Source: Dirinaria sp. TL-2023a (taxonomy: Eukaryota). Taken from it: a stretch of 41,668 bases of DNA. The first letter of the stretch is position 1; each line of letters opens with the position of its first letter. The notes below the pieces were generated by a model, which saw only the letters and a program-made list of their open reading frames with translations, searched no databases and was not told the DNA's origin. Location of the stretch: contig JAVEBF010000039.1 in the NCBI GenBank assembly GCA_051941275.1, forward strand, positions 1 to 41,668, in the 5' to 3' direction. A program made the translations under genes and the position numbers. Below, in pieces: positions 1 to 12,682 of this stretch.

Positions 1-48
1 CTTCCCAAACCCACCATCCCATCCCACTTACCCACACCCCCCTCATAG

Positions 49-930
49 TATTCATCCTGCAATCCACCGCGCCGGGGGACATCAACGACGGGCTGATGGA
101 ACTCCTGATCATAATCAACGCGTGTAAAACCGCGTCCGCGCGGCGCATCACGGCCGTGATCCCCAACTTCCCCTACGCGCGGCAGGACAAAAAGGACCGG
201 TCGCGGGCGCCCATCACGGCGAAGCTGATGGCCAACATGCTGCAGACGGCGGGGTGCAACCACGTGATCACGATGGATCTGCACGCGAGCCAGATCCAGG
301 GCTTCTTCAACGTGCCCGTCGATAATCTGTATGCGGAGCCGAGCACGTTGAGGTGGATCCGGGAGAATTTGGAGGTGGATAAGTGTGTCGTTGTTAGTCC
401 CGATGCGGGCGGGGCGAAGAGGTAAACTAATAACCATTTCCTACGATATTTGTATAAGTAGCGAGAGATAAGAAAGATTGATCAGTATATAAAAAACCAG
501 AGCAACCTCCATCGCCGACCGCCTCGACCTGCCCTTCGCGCTAATCCACAAAGAACGCGCGCGGCCCAACGAAGTCGCGCGCATGGTCCTCGTCGGCGAC
601 GTGCGGGGGCGGATCGCCATCCTCGTGGACGACATGGCAGACACCTGCGGCACGCTCGTGAAAGCGGCGGACACGGTGATGGCGCACGGGGCGGCGGAGG
701 TGGTGGCCATCGTGACGCACGGGATTCTGAGTGGAAACGCGATCGAGACGTTAAATGGGAGTAAGTTGGCGCGGGTGGTGGTCACGAACACGGTGCCGCA
801 TGAGGGGAAAAAGGAAGTTTGTGAGAGGCTGGAGACGATCGATGTCAGTCCCACGCTGGCGGAGGCGTGTCGCCGCACGCATAATGGGGAGAGCGTGAGT
901 TTTTTGTTTAGGCATGCGCCGATGGGGTAG
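49..930 (+). CDS. PRS: Ribose-phosphate pyrophosphokinase (PRPP synthetase), 5'-truncated by the window; visible exons 49-421 and 501-930
   Basis: Family motifs [34 protein letters not shown] and [13 protein letters not shown]. Intron 422-500 (GTAAAC...CCAG) joins the two ORFs in frame, and an upstream acceptor TAG ends at 48. Confidence 0.96.
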
Positions 931-1200
931 AGGGGAACTTTTTTTAGAGGGATATTGGATGGTTTAATATATGATGATCACGTTTGCAGTAGAGATGCCT
1001 GGGAGAGATAAGAGCTTTGTGCCTGAGTCACCTCACACGGTCATCGAACGATGGCAGAGCGGCATGGTAATAGTAATTTGAGCATGCTAATTCTTATGTG
1101 GAACATCCCGATCACCACGGGTTTCGTCTCCCTTTGGGCCAGAAGCCACAAGCAACCAAGCCCTCCCTCAATTTCTACAGCTCCTTACAACTAGCTTTAC

Positions 1201-2241
1201 TTACTTCCTCATCGACGAAGCCCGCCGCTCTAAAGCAAGAATCATCATCATCAGCATGCATGCGCGACGGCACAGGGGAAAAACGGGAGTGGAAATCAAC
1301 TTACTGCGCAGCTCATCCTTCTTATGCTTCTCTTCACCTACACGCTTGGCCAGAAGAGCCGCGTACTCGCTCTGTTAATCACCAATCATCAGTATCATAA
1401 CATCAGCTTGATTCGATCCGACAATGAAGTTGGGATATGGATGGCGGTAAGGGAAGTGGGGAACAAGGGAGGAGAGAGAAACGTACGGCGGCTTCGCGGC
1501 CGGCTTCGGCACGGCGCCGCTTGAGGGCCATGAGGTGACGTTTGTGCTGCAGGCGTTGCGGGGTGACGAGGCGCTGGATGCGGGGCGCTTTGGTGTAGGG
1601 TTTTTTGCCCTCGCCGGGGGGCTGCACTTCGCGGCGGATGACGAATTTGCGGACCTGTAGTTCCATGACATGTATATGTAAGCACAACCGGTATTTCTTA
1701 AATGGAGGATGTGGTAGACAATTGATCGTGTAATAACCCCATTGAACCAAGACGAAGAGATAAGAAGCAGGGGGGAAAAACATACATCATCATCTTTACT
1801 CAACCCAAAAAACCGCCGAATCTTCGTCGCCCGCTTGGGGCCCAACCGCTTCGGATGCACCGTGTCCGTCAACCCGGGAAGCTCCTCATCGCCCTGCTTC
1901 ACAATTGCCAGCGCCAGCACGCTGAGATCCATACCCACAATACACCCCCTCACACTCTTACGTCGACGCTCGCCGTCCCGCCGGGGCCGGTAGCAGCTGT
2001 GGCCCTCGGAGAGCAGCAGGCGCACGCGCGTCGGGTGCATCACGCCTTGCTTCATGGGGAACCCTTGCTTGTCGTTGCCGCCCGTGATGCGGAAGACGTA
2101 GCCCTTGAATTCGGGACCCACGGCGTCCCCGGCGACTTCCTGCCCCATGCGCCGGTCCATGAAGACGCGCAGCTTGCGCTCGTCTTCGATGTCGATCAGT
2201 TTTTGCGTCCCGTTCGCGGGGTAGCTGATGTTGAGCTTCAT
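1201..2241 (-). CDS. RPS6: 40S ribosomal protein S6 (eS6); exons 2241-1786, 1654-1487, 1371-1305, 1229-1201
   Basis: [14 protein letters not shown]...[14 protein letters not shown]...[12 protein letters not shown]...[11 protein letters not shown]...KRRASSMRK*. Three GT-AG introns restore a continuous frame. Confidence 0.97.
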
Positions 2242-2451
2242 GGTGGGTGTGGTTGGTTGAGTGGAAGAGGGAGAGAAGGGAGATTGAGGTTAGAGGTGTA
2301 GTAGGTACGATGGATGGATAGAATTTCGCCTCGCTTATTTTTTTGTGTGTGGCGCTAAGCGAGCGCGCTTAGAGTTGCTTTAGGGGCCGACGCTAGGCGA
2401 TGCTATGGAGAGAGAAGGCTGCCTTAGAGTCTTGGCCCAGGACGAGCTTAA

Positions 2452-2494
2452 ACCTACCTTACTTTACCTTACCTTACTCCTTACTCCCTTACCT
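2452..2494. repeat. Degenerate (CCTTA)n-type microsatellite
   Basis: aacctaccttactttaccttaccttactccttactccctacctt. Confidence 0.6.
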
Positions 2495-3184
2495 TTTGAC
2501 CTTGACATTCTCTTTTTCAGTGGGTGAAATACTCGATTGGCTGCTAACGACATGATCAATACAGATATTTCTGGTTTTGCTTGCGTAGCTCCTAGCTTTG
2601 GCGCATATCTACCTCTTGCTGGTTTTGCAGCTATGCAGACCTTCCCAGGCAACACCGTGAGAACGTCAGTGTGTTAGCGTGAACGCTTACAGGATTACTT
2701 TTTCGCCTGCACATTACAATACTCGATACTGACAGCAGAACTCCGGGAGCGGCACGATTGAAGATGGTAGCTCGAGAGAGGGAAGTGGTGTACAGCATTG
2801 AGTCTTCAAGGCGCCTATCTCTGTGAAAGCCCTTCATGAATACGTTTTTAGACCCGTTAAGGTTTCTGCCTTCGCAGCCACCGATACTCGCGATTCTGAT
2901 TGGCAATGCTTTTGATTTTACTTGAGCCTGATTGAATTTCTATGAGCTAAATTACAGACACGATTATGGAATTCTAATGCTTTTTTTGACCGGCCTAGAG
3001 TCGAGGTGCAAAAGATCGAGTGATGCGCCCTGCAGTAGACACTAATGTCTTGTGTATAATGAAGAAAAATAAGCAAGGTCTATGATAATCAAGGGAATTA
3101 CTGAGTGTCGATCGCGATCCCAGAGCTTGGCAGGCTGAGATGAGTCCAACACGATCCTCATCTTCCTGTCGCACTCGCTCATCG

Positions 3185-5950
3185 TTAGAAACTTCTCCCC
3201 TTCCCTCGCGGGTTGCTTCTTCTATCATCCAATAGAGTATCGTAGGTTTGAGTGCGGCACGTTTGGCTGTTTGGCGGCTTCTTAGGCTTGCAGTAATTAC
3301 AATTGCCATTTTTGCACTTGCCGGTACCCGGGGTCTGGTCAGGCGCACAGCCTTGGCTAACGAGCCGAACACACTGATATTCGTGGAGTACGAATCTGCC
3401 CCTGGAATAGTCGCACCAGGGCCCTTCAACGCAGGCAAGGTCTTTGCAGTAGCGCCCAGGCTGTCTAGGGTCACATCTTGAAAATTCTTGGCCAGCGATA
3501 TCGTCGTCGAAAACTTGAAAGGCTTCTAAGTCCACGAGAGAAAATGATGGATTATCATCAGTCGACGCCGACGCGGAGCGGGATGAAGACGGATATGCCC
3601 ATGTAGCTCGCTCGGCCAGACTAGGACCCACAGTGTCGGTGTTTCTACCGGTAGAGCTAGGGTGATCGGTGGAGTACTTTACGCAGAGCGAGCGGTTGGT
3701 CCACGTGGCCTGGGCGGCATTGGACCACAGCACGCTCATATCGAAGATGGATTCCTTTGTGAAGTAGATACGGCAATTTGCAGCTTCGTAGGCGAATTGC
3801 AACGGAAAATTCTCACCTTTGCGGATCTGGTCTTGGAGGTTGAAGTTCGCCGTGTCAACATTGAAGTCAATCCCTCGGTCTGGTAACTGAGACGCAAGGG
3901 AAGGATTCAGCGTTTCAGCGCCATATATGTCGACATCTATGAGGTCGGCTTCATACTCCTTGGCGCCGCGGGTACCGGCCACGGTCTGCATGGGACCGAG
4001 TGTGTGGGGTAAGCCCCCAACGACAACGGTCTCGACTCCTGCTTCGTGGTGCATCATTTCGACAAAAAGTGCGCATGTTGAGGCGCACAGTCCATCCGTA
4101 AGCTTACTCAGTTAGCGTGTCTCAGTAAACAGAGGTTAGTGCAGGGCTTACAATGACAATATCTTGAGCGTTGTAGGGCGCGGACGCATTAGCTGATAAA
4201 TTACCATATCCATAGACGCCATGTCCGAGACTATTCTCGTCGAAAACTGCGTTGGATAAATTATCTCGCTGCTGCAATTCCGTTAGTGACGAGAAGTTAT
4301 ATTTGACACTTGGCCACATACAGTGGTTGTAAAAAAGTCTAGTCGATCTTCGTGTGGACCATAATACTCATCCCAGGATGTGAAGTTCTGTCCAGTGCTC
4401 GCATCAAGGTAGTTTGGAGCAACCCAAACGCTTCGCGAGAGGTAATCCACATCTGATTCATTCAGAACATGCAAGTTCGTATTATAGTAATCCGTGTAAA
4501 TCTCGCCGAGCAAATTCGCCTTGCTGTGAGCACGTTCGCGGCTGCCACCGTAAGGATCGATGGCGGGGAAGAAATGTTTGAAAGTATCGATTGCAAGCAA
4601 TCTACGCCCTCCGTAATTTTGTTGCAGATCAATAACGATCTTCTTCGCGCCTAGCCTCTTGCTCTTTGTGATGAACGAGCTAATGGTTGGAGAGAACGAA
4701 GTAATATCTTCGTCATAGACGTCAAACGACGGTATACTCAGGACGGCTGTTGAATCCTCAATAAAGTATCCGGTGATGACACCACCATTCCCAAGATTTG
4801 GTTGACTGATGATGGGTTCTGCAGGATATGCTGCATTTGACCAAGGCTCTGCTGTAGCTGATGGGCTCGAGCTTCCAGTTGCTGTTGCTGTTGTTGCAGC
4901 TCGCTTCTTCTTCGAAGTTTGATTTGAGATTTCATCGCTGTCATACACAACAAATGTATCGTAGAATTCCGTGGAACTGGACACAATGCCTTCATTATCG
5001 GGATCATTAAGAACTGCCGTCCATCTGTAGTCAATAGGGGTGCCGTTCTTCAGGACAAGGCCAATGGCATCTCCAGGATAGAAGGGCGATGATCCGCCTA
5101 GAGCACTGTATATTCCCTGAATATCGGCTGCGGGACTGTACATAAGGTTGTTCCAGTCCGCATGAGGCTCAAGGTAGCCTAGCGAGTTCACTTTTGCAAA
5201 TTGCTGGTAGAACTCCAGCACAGGTTGACCGTTAACGGTACTGATCGGCGAAGCTACATAATTACCTTGCATAGACTCATACAGATCATCTTCTCTATAA
5301 TCAGGTTAATGTCCAAGTTCTATCGGGCTCAGAAACTCACCGGTAAGAAAGATTTCCGGCGGCTGTACGCCGTCTACAGATACGGAAGAGATAGCGAAGG
5401 GACTACCAAAGCCGAACACGCTTGAGGCACCTGCATATAAATAGGTATGGCCATCATGCGCCGAATAAACTAAATTGAGGACTGCGACCTCAAACTCGTA
5501 CTGGTTGCCAAACACGCCTGTATCCAGGTTTCTCTGTATTTGATCTAACCCGTCGAGAAGGTCTGTTGGCGGTTGTTGATAGCTTGAGGGGGGGTTCTTG
5601 AGGTATGTCAACGTGCTCTGGAAATCTAGCGTGTCTTTGTAGTACTGAATAAACTGCGAGGCGACAGTCTGGTTGAGCGGCACAGTGACAAGACAATTGT
5701 AGGCATCCAGCGCATGGATTGGAGTGGCTCATCATTCGATCAGTTTTTCCCCTCTTGGCCAGATCCCAGGTTTATTGTACTCACAACCTCCTTGGAACGC
5801 CCGAGCACATGCATCTTGTTCTACATCTCGAGAAGAAATTCTACCTCCAGCAAGGGACCGTCTTGACTGATACCGTGCACCGTTTGCACCAAGAGCGAGA
5901 GCGATGGAGAGATATGCCGTTAAAACCGATAGCGACAGTGGTAATAACAT
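3185..5950 (-). CDS. Secreted peptidase family S41 (CPAF-like) protein with C-terminal Cys-rich extension; approximate exons 5950-5785, 5727-5341, 5289-4322, 4271-4152, 4102-3185
   Basis: Hydrophobic signal-like start MLLPLSLSVLTAYLSIALALG. Motifs AHDGHT, TAVLSIPSF, KIVIDLQQNYGG, catalytic-type LTDGLCASTCALF (after splicing 4151-4103), TVVVGGLP..GPMQTVAGTRG and PLQFAYEAANCRIYFT. Two acceptors (5728 GAG, 5290 AAG) are less certain. Confidence 0.88.
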
Positions 5951-7096
5951 TATGGACACCAAAGCGAGTGAACCTGCAGCTATAGATGCGAAATTGAAAA
6001 TTAAAGGAGAATGCTCAAGGGAAACAATCTAAATCAAGAAAAACGACGTTCCTAAAAGAAATCAATGAGCGTGCTTGGCTGACGACTTTTGCCGGCTGAA
6101 GGATCAGGGGCTAGCACCCATTAGATTCTTGTGGAATGCCTTTACCAGGAGATTCAGCCGCAGCTGGCAGCTGGTGGCGCATGATCAAAATACGGAGTAA
6201 CGTAAGGCAGAACAGGGTCGAGGCTGGAAAGCCGCTTGTCACAGCCAATGGCAAATGGGCCGATGGGGTTCTTCTGCAAGGTTCCAGAAGGACTCATACT
6301 GGAGGTATGCATTTGACAGATAGGTATGTCTAGCGTGAAATAATCCCGAGCACCTTCAAGTACGGTGAGGTAGGTCTAGATGGCTAAGGTATTATTGAGT
6401 GGATACTTGATGTCAATCCTATTAGAGGAATCGAGAGGAATCGAAGAGCAATGCCTGCATAAGGTAAAGCTTGGCAGGGAGGCAGAGGTTGCACCGCTCG
6501 GGGTTCAGGTTCGGGCCGTTCGGAAGAGTTTCACCGCCCCCATCCAAGAGGGCCAAGACTTCCGTTGATTATTGGTTTATGCCAAGTGGCGTGTGCATAG
6601 TGCATACGCCATAAGTGCTATTGATACGCGTCGGTACTCCCCATTACACCTGAGGTAGGTACCTGACTGGACGCCCGGTATGATGCATGCAAGCACTCAG
6701 CCTGTGGAGCCTGTACTGTCCTGTACTGTAGGAGGTAGTAAGGTAGTAAAGTAATTAACAGAATGGGGGGCCTTACGCAGGCAGCAGGCAGCATCAACGT
6801 CTCACCGGGCTCTTCTGCCGAATGTAACCCACCCGAAGGCCCTCAATTTCCAGGCTTGCAAAATGAGGCTCTGTCGGCCGGCCAGACAGTGGCTGCATAC
6901 GTGTGTGTAGAGAATTTTTTAGGACTTACTTCCAATTTTTTGCCATCCTCTAAGGCGCTGCTTCGGTATCTCTACTTTTTCGGCACGTTCCTCATGCTAT
7001 AAGATCAGCATTGCGCGATACTCTAACTATAGAACTTTGATCTAGAATAACCTGCCGATTTAGACTGCTAACGTCGGTTTGCCACCCGTGTGGGCT

Positions 7097-10000
7097 ATGA
7101 TGGCGGACCCTATAGGTACAACGGTTGCGGTAATTGAGCTCACCTCCAAAGTAATCAAGATTTTCAAAACCTTGAAGCATGCCAAAGAGGATTGCAAGGA
7201 ATGGACTCAAAGACTTGAACGCGGGAAAGGCTATCTAGAGCAACAAAAGTTACGGCTGCAGAGAGCAAAGCCATCAGCGCTCTGGTATCGAGATTTCGAA
7301 AACGCTTATATCCATCTGAGGGATAGAATGAAAGAAGTGGAGGACAAATTATCAAAGCTAGAGCTGTCCAAGCTGGGTTGGTATCACGATCTGCTGGCCC
7401 GAATCCGGTACCTTATCAAGAAAGAGGATCTCGCTGAGGTGTTCAATAAAATTGATTCCATCCTGCAGGACTTCCCTAGGATCTTGCAGCTGGAGCACTT
7501 GGAGTTGTCCGAAGCCACGTATGGACTGTCCAAAGACACGCATGAGCTGTCCAAAGACTCACATGGACTTCTTTTGCAGGTCGAAAGTAGGCTTACGAGC
7601 CAGCAGCATAAAAAGAACGTAAAACATGCACTGAATCAACTCTCGATGATTGATTTTGCGGACAGGCAGAACCAAGTCTATTCTGCTTGCTATCAAGATG
7701 GATCGCCGCCCGCACAATGGTTTCTGGCTTCGGAAGAGTTTGTTGCGTGGCGTGGAGGTCGACCATGGCCACTGTATTGCCACGGAAAGCCCGGAGCGGG
7801 CAAGGTGAGCAGTGGTCATATTGGGTCGGCGTTGGCACGGTGACTAACGTACGTCTAGACAGTGCTTTCTTCAATAGTGATTAGGCATCTTGAGAAACAC
7901 TGTAGGCAGCAGCCTCAGAGCGAACAATTTGTCGTATTATACGCGTATCTTGACCATAAGGAGACAAAAATCCAGACATACTCAAATCTCATCCGCAGCC
8001 TTCTCCGGCAGTTACTCCTTAGTCAGAAGGAATCTGATCTCTGTTCTGAGGCCCAAGATTTCTACCGAAACAGCCGAAAAGGTGTTCGATTGAATGATGA
8101 AGAAGTTTTCGAGATGATTCAAGCACAGATGTCTTCCCCTACTTCTCAAAGAGCCTATCTCGTTGTTGATGCATTGGACGAGTACCCCGAGGAAGACAGG
8201 GCAAACTTGTTTACCCAGCTGCAAAAAATATATCCAAAGAAGCTCAGCCTGTTCGTCACCGGTAGGCCTTCTGATGAGATACACGAAGGTCATATTCGGT
8301 GCAATACGTGTCCGGAAGATAAATCAACGAATCTCAGCGTCTATTTTGAGTGTCGGACTTGTTCAGACTTCCAAATTTGTCAAGAATGTAAAAAAAAGAA
8401 TAAATCATGCAGATTGGGCCATGATCTATCAGAGCCGAACATGGTAACTAAAGAAATAGTCGCGCCGGACAGCGAAATCGAACGTTTTGTCATGTGTGTG
8501 ATGAAGAAGGAACTTGGCGTCGCAGATATAAGACGTGGTAATGATCACGCTAGGACCGGCACGGTTGGCGCAACCAGATTCAAATCAATCATTTCCACAC
8601 TTGATCCTGAGCAGGTAAATGGCTTGATTTCAAAGATCTCTAGAGCCATTGTGAACACTGCAGAGGGAATGTTCTTGCTGGCAAAACTACATCTTGATTC
8701 TCTCAAAATGGGAACCAGCCTGGAAAGCCTGGAGAAAGCCCTGGAAGATCTTCCAACCGAAGTTGGTCAACTTTATGACAATCTGCTGGATCGTATCCAA
8801 GACCAACGTAAAGATGACGCTGCTCTTGCGATGCAAGCCTTAGATTGGGTTCTGCATGCCCATAGGCCGTTGAAGGTCCAGGAGCTGCTCGAAGCAATAA
8901 CAGTAGAAAGCTCAGATGATCAGCTTAGGCCAGGAAGAAAAACTACCTTCACAATCCTAATGAGGGTGACAGCTGGGCTAATTATCGCCGACGGGGAGCA
9001 AGGGCCAGTGCGAATTGTTCACCGGACAGCCCAGGAGTACTTTGAACAGAAATGGAGAGCTATTCGGCCTGAAGCTCGAATCAATCTAGCGCTTATTACG
9101 CTTACCTACCTAAGTTTCTATTCGCTTTCCTTACCTTGCAGTGGACATCAAGAGGATCAGCAGATGTCTCTGAGATTGGACACCCATCGATTTCTCGTCT
9201 ACGCTTCTGCATATTGGGGTGAACATGTCTATGAAGTTATGAATGATTCCAGAATCCTTGATGCTACTCTAAAATTTCTCCGAAGCCCTGCCCGCGTAGC
9301 CGCCACCACCCAAGCTGCTTGGTATGTTAGCTCGAAGAATCAACATACCGCCACTTGGGTCGTACGTGAGGGAATTACTCCAATACACATTTGCGCCTGG
9401 TTCGGACTAGACCCCTGCATGACGATACTCTTGGATACAGCATACAACTCTGAAATCGACGCACCAGATGAGATGCTAGGACAAACCCCATTGATGTATG
9501 CCTGCATGAAAGGACACGTCTCGACCACACTGATACTTTTGGATCGTGGTGCCGATTTGAATAAGCTGGATAAAGATGGAAATAACGCTGTAATCACGGC
9601 TATCTTAAACGGACATCCACAACTTGTTGAATCCCTGCTGCGGCAAGACCACGCAAAGACCCTGGACCTAAATGCAGTAAGCAAAAATAACTATGGACGG
9701 ACAGCGTTCATGCTTGCCGCTCTACATGGCTACGACTCATTATTAATGACCCTTCTCAAAAAGCTCAAGAGCCAAGGTAGTGATGCCAATTCGAAAGACT
9801 TCGAGGGGGACACCGCTTTAACGCTTGCAGCCGCTAAGGATCGAATGTCTATAGTGAAGATACTACTTGATTTTGTTGACATCGATGTGCCCAACGCGAT
9901 TGGATCGACCCCCCTGATCATCGCTGCCGAAGGTGGCAAGGCTACAATGGCAAAAGAGCTTCTCGAAAAGAACGCTAATTGGGAAGTCCAAAACTACGAC

Positions 10001-11014
10001 GGTCGTACCGCTTTCTCGAAAGCACTGATCTATGGATACAGTGATATAGTTAAGGTTTTGCTAGAGCACAATGCTGGGTACTACGTGGATGAAGTTCTTC
10101 GCCGTACGGCTCTACATTGTGCGTGTGCAAGCCCGTGTACGAAGCCAGATATGATCGAGCTTTTGCTATTAGAAGGGCTGGGCGTAAATGCTCAAGATAG
10201 TCATGGCCGCACTCCGATCTTCGATGCTAGTCGCATCGGTAACATCGAAGTAGTTTTGGTGCTATTGAAATCAGGTGCGGACCATTCTATCAAAGATTGT
10301 CAAGGTCGTACACCTGTCCTTGTCTCGTGGCAAAACGGGCATTCCGATCTTGCAATACTACTTCGAGAACACGCTAATAGCAGAGGGTTGACTCTCGAGA
10401 GCCTTCCAGAAGACTCATGTTTACCGTTGTGGTCCATGGCCAAGCTTGGCAGGACAGACATACTTCGTAACGAGTTGAAAACCCAAAACCCCAATCGTTA
10501 CCCCCGTGATCCGGATACCGACAGCACTGCACTGCACTGGGCCATCCGTGGTAACGAGCTTGAAATTGCCGAGATTCTCCTCGAGGCAGGTTCCGCCGCA
10601 GAAGAAGTCGATGACCACAAGCGAACTCCTTTGCACATTGCTGCCCAAATGGGGAATTGGGAAGCGACGGTGCTATTGCTCCGATACCAACCGAATCTTA
10701 ATCTCCGAAACTCATGGGATCTCACTCCGCTCTCTGTCGCACACTCTGAGAAACATTATTTCATTGCCGCAGCTTTACTAGAAGCTGGTGCCGCTCTGGA
10801 GCAGGATCTGAGGCAGCAGGACATACAGGAAACTTTTTTCGCCGCCATCAAGAATGGCTCGACGAGCGTAGTGAGGACGCTCGTCAGTCACGGTGTTAGC
10901 CTCGACGCCAGAGATGCAGAAGGCAAGACCCTATTGGAGCTCGCATACGACTCAGGCGATGATTCGCTGCTCGAGTGGTTGCGACAGCTCATGATCGCGA
11001 CAGAGGTCTTCTAA
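7097..11014 (+). CDS. Fungal NLR/STAND protein: HeLo-like/SesA-type N-terminus, NACHT with inserted ZZ zinc finger, ankyrin repeats; exons 7097-7804 and 7859-11014
   Basis: N-terminus MMADPIGTTVAVIELTSKVI is typical of fungal STAND N-terminal domains. Walker A GKPGAGK|T is split by intron 7805-7858 (GTGAGC...ACTAAC...CTAG). Walker B YLVVDALDE, AEGMFLLAKLHL, HAHRPLKVQELLEAI, and more than 12 ankyrin repeats (GQTPLMYA, GSTPLIIAA, RTPLHIAA). Confidence 0.93.
7502..7570 (+). repeat. Coding 21-bp (7-aa) tandem repeat, about 3.3 units, in the NLR linker
   Basis: gagttgtccgaagccacgtat / ggactgtccaaagacacgcat / gagctgtccaaagactcacat / ggactt = ELSEATY GLSKDTH ELSKDSH GL. Confidence 0.8.
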
Positions 11015-12682
11015 ATGAGTCGCTGGTAGATGACCACGATCACCAATGAATAAGTACGTAAGAGAATACAAGCTTCAATTTCCTCCAAAATATGCTCCCC
11101 TAGAAAGATTATGCCAACAACCCAAAATAATAAAAATATAACATAGAATCACATAATACGTTGGCTATATCGTAGGTCAGCTTTGCTATACTAGTAGGGT
11201 TAGTTGAGCGAGGAAAATTTTTACTCACTCTATTGCGCGATGGGCTTTTCAACCGACCGTTCTCCGTACAGCAAACCCCGCCTGAAACGACAAAGAACGA
11301 CACTACTTGCTCGATGTACAATCACTTGTTCAAGATCCAATCATGATACAGGCCTGCGATAGCTTTCTGGACCGTTCCATCGGTAAATTACACTTTATTT
11401 GTAAGCACGTGGTTGACAATCGAGAGCGGTTTCTTACTATTTGAAAGTCTCTGACTTAAAGGTACAGTATCTTATCAGAATACTGTGAAATTTCATCTTC
11501 TGAAGGGCAACTGAGCTCGGACACGAATTCTGAACTTTGGCGCTGGATGACTTACAGCACGAGCAGTCATTATCGAGATGCTCAGCTTAGGGAACCTCCG
11601 TGAACTCACTGTTTGCAAAGCTCCTTATCTCGACTAAAGCCTACTCATCTGCAGGAAATTGAATCTAACCAATCGTACATCGAAGATGATGATGGGTGTG
11701 TCTCAAGTTCTGTAGCCTGTGGCGGCAATTGAGTAACAAAGACTTCCAAACAAACACAGGCAGTGTTTGCTACTCTTTGCAGATTCTTTGCAGATTCTCT
11801 GTTTATCCGGTTCATTTCAAATACCTCGTACACCATTTTGAGTGCTTCAAGTCATTCACTTTCTTCCCAGGCTAAAATGAGTTCGAAGATGGGGAGAAAT
11901 ATTCAGCTTTTCGCAATTGCAAAAAGCCAACAAGACTATCATGTAGCTTGTAATCTCTCTTCCTTTCGCAGCGGCCATCGATTCAGACACCGCTGTCGAG
12001 AAGAGCATGAAGGCGCTAAAGGGTAATTTTGCTCTGGAGGTGCGGAATTCATGCACAGTGCCAGAAGCAAACCTATGTACGGTGGTGATGGAGCAAACAC
12101 ATCTAGACCAAAAAAACAAGCCATATTTCAGCAATACCCTCTGAAATCTCCGGACTCGAAGAAAGAGAAGTTTGATATCAGTTGTTGCCTCGTCATGAAT
12201 ATTCCAGACTAATCACCTCTGGAGATTCCGGTTTTGGATGAACGCTTCGACATCAGTTCCTCAGGCCAACAAAGTCTGGTATATCATGTCGCATGTGCAT
12301 GGCGCATTGTGGGCTGCGATGTGTTGGCTTTTCCGATGAAGGGTTATCAGCTGTGCCACAATGTCATTGTTGTTGATTGAATATTGTGTTGTCAACGCCT
12401 ATTGTGGCAAATTGTCGTGATGACTCAAAGCCAAGTCCCAACAACATTGACCGCACTCGTTAGTGAATTCAACACTCTCGGCTAGTATGACGTATTTTAT
12501 ATATATATAACCAGCCATGAGGAAAATACAACATCTTCTTTCGATTACTCCCTTATATTCTCTGCATCGGAATCCCCAGAACTTTACAATCATGTGCGAC
12601 TTTCTCCATATTCGAGGTATATACGAACGCATCAAGCTTAACAATATCCTCAACTATCGACACAAGATCGGATTTTGAAGGA

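Noticed and set aside
1372..1785. Intronic snoRNAs in RPS6 introns
   Set aside because: No properly ordered C/D or H/ACA boxes; the TGATGA/CTGA matches lie at the branch-site region.
6587..6611. Hairpin tggcgtgtgca-tag-tgcatacgcca between the S41 and NLR genes
   Set aside because: A single short inverted repeat with no supporting context.
11100..12650. Short ORFs between the NLR and F-box genes as a possible amyloid or effector partner
   Set aside because: No coherent frame and no HeLo or amyloid-like motif; may be a decayed remnant but this is unsupported.
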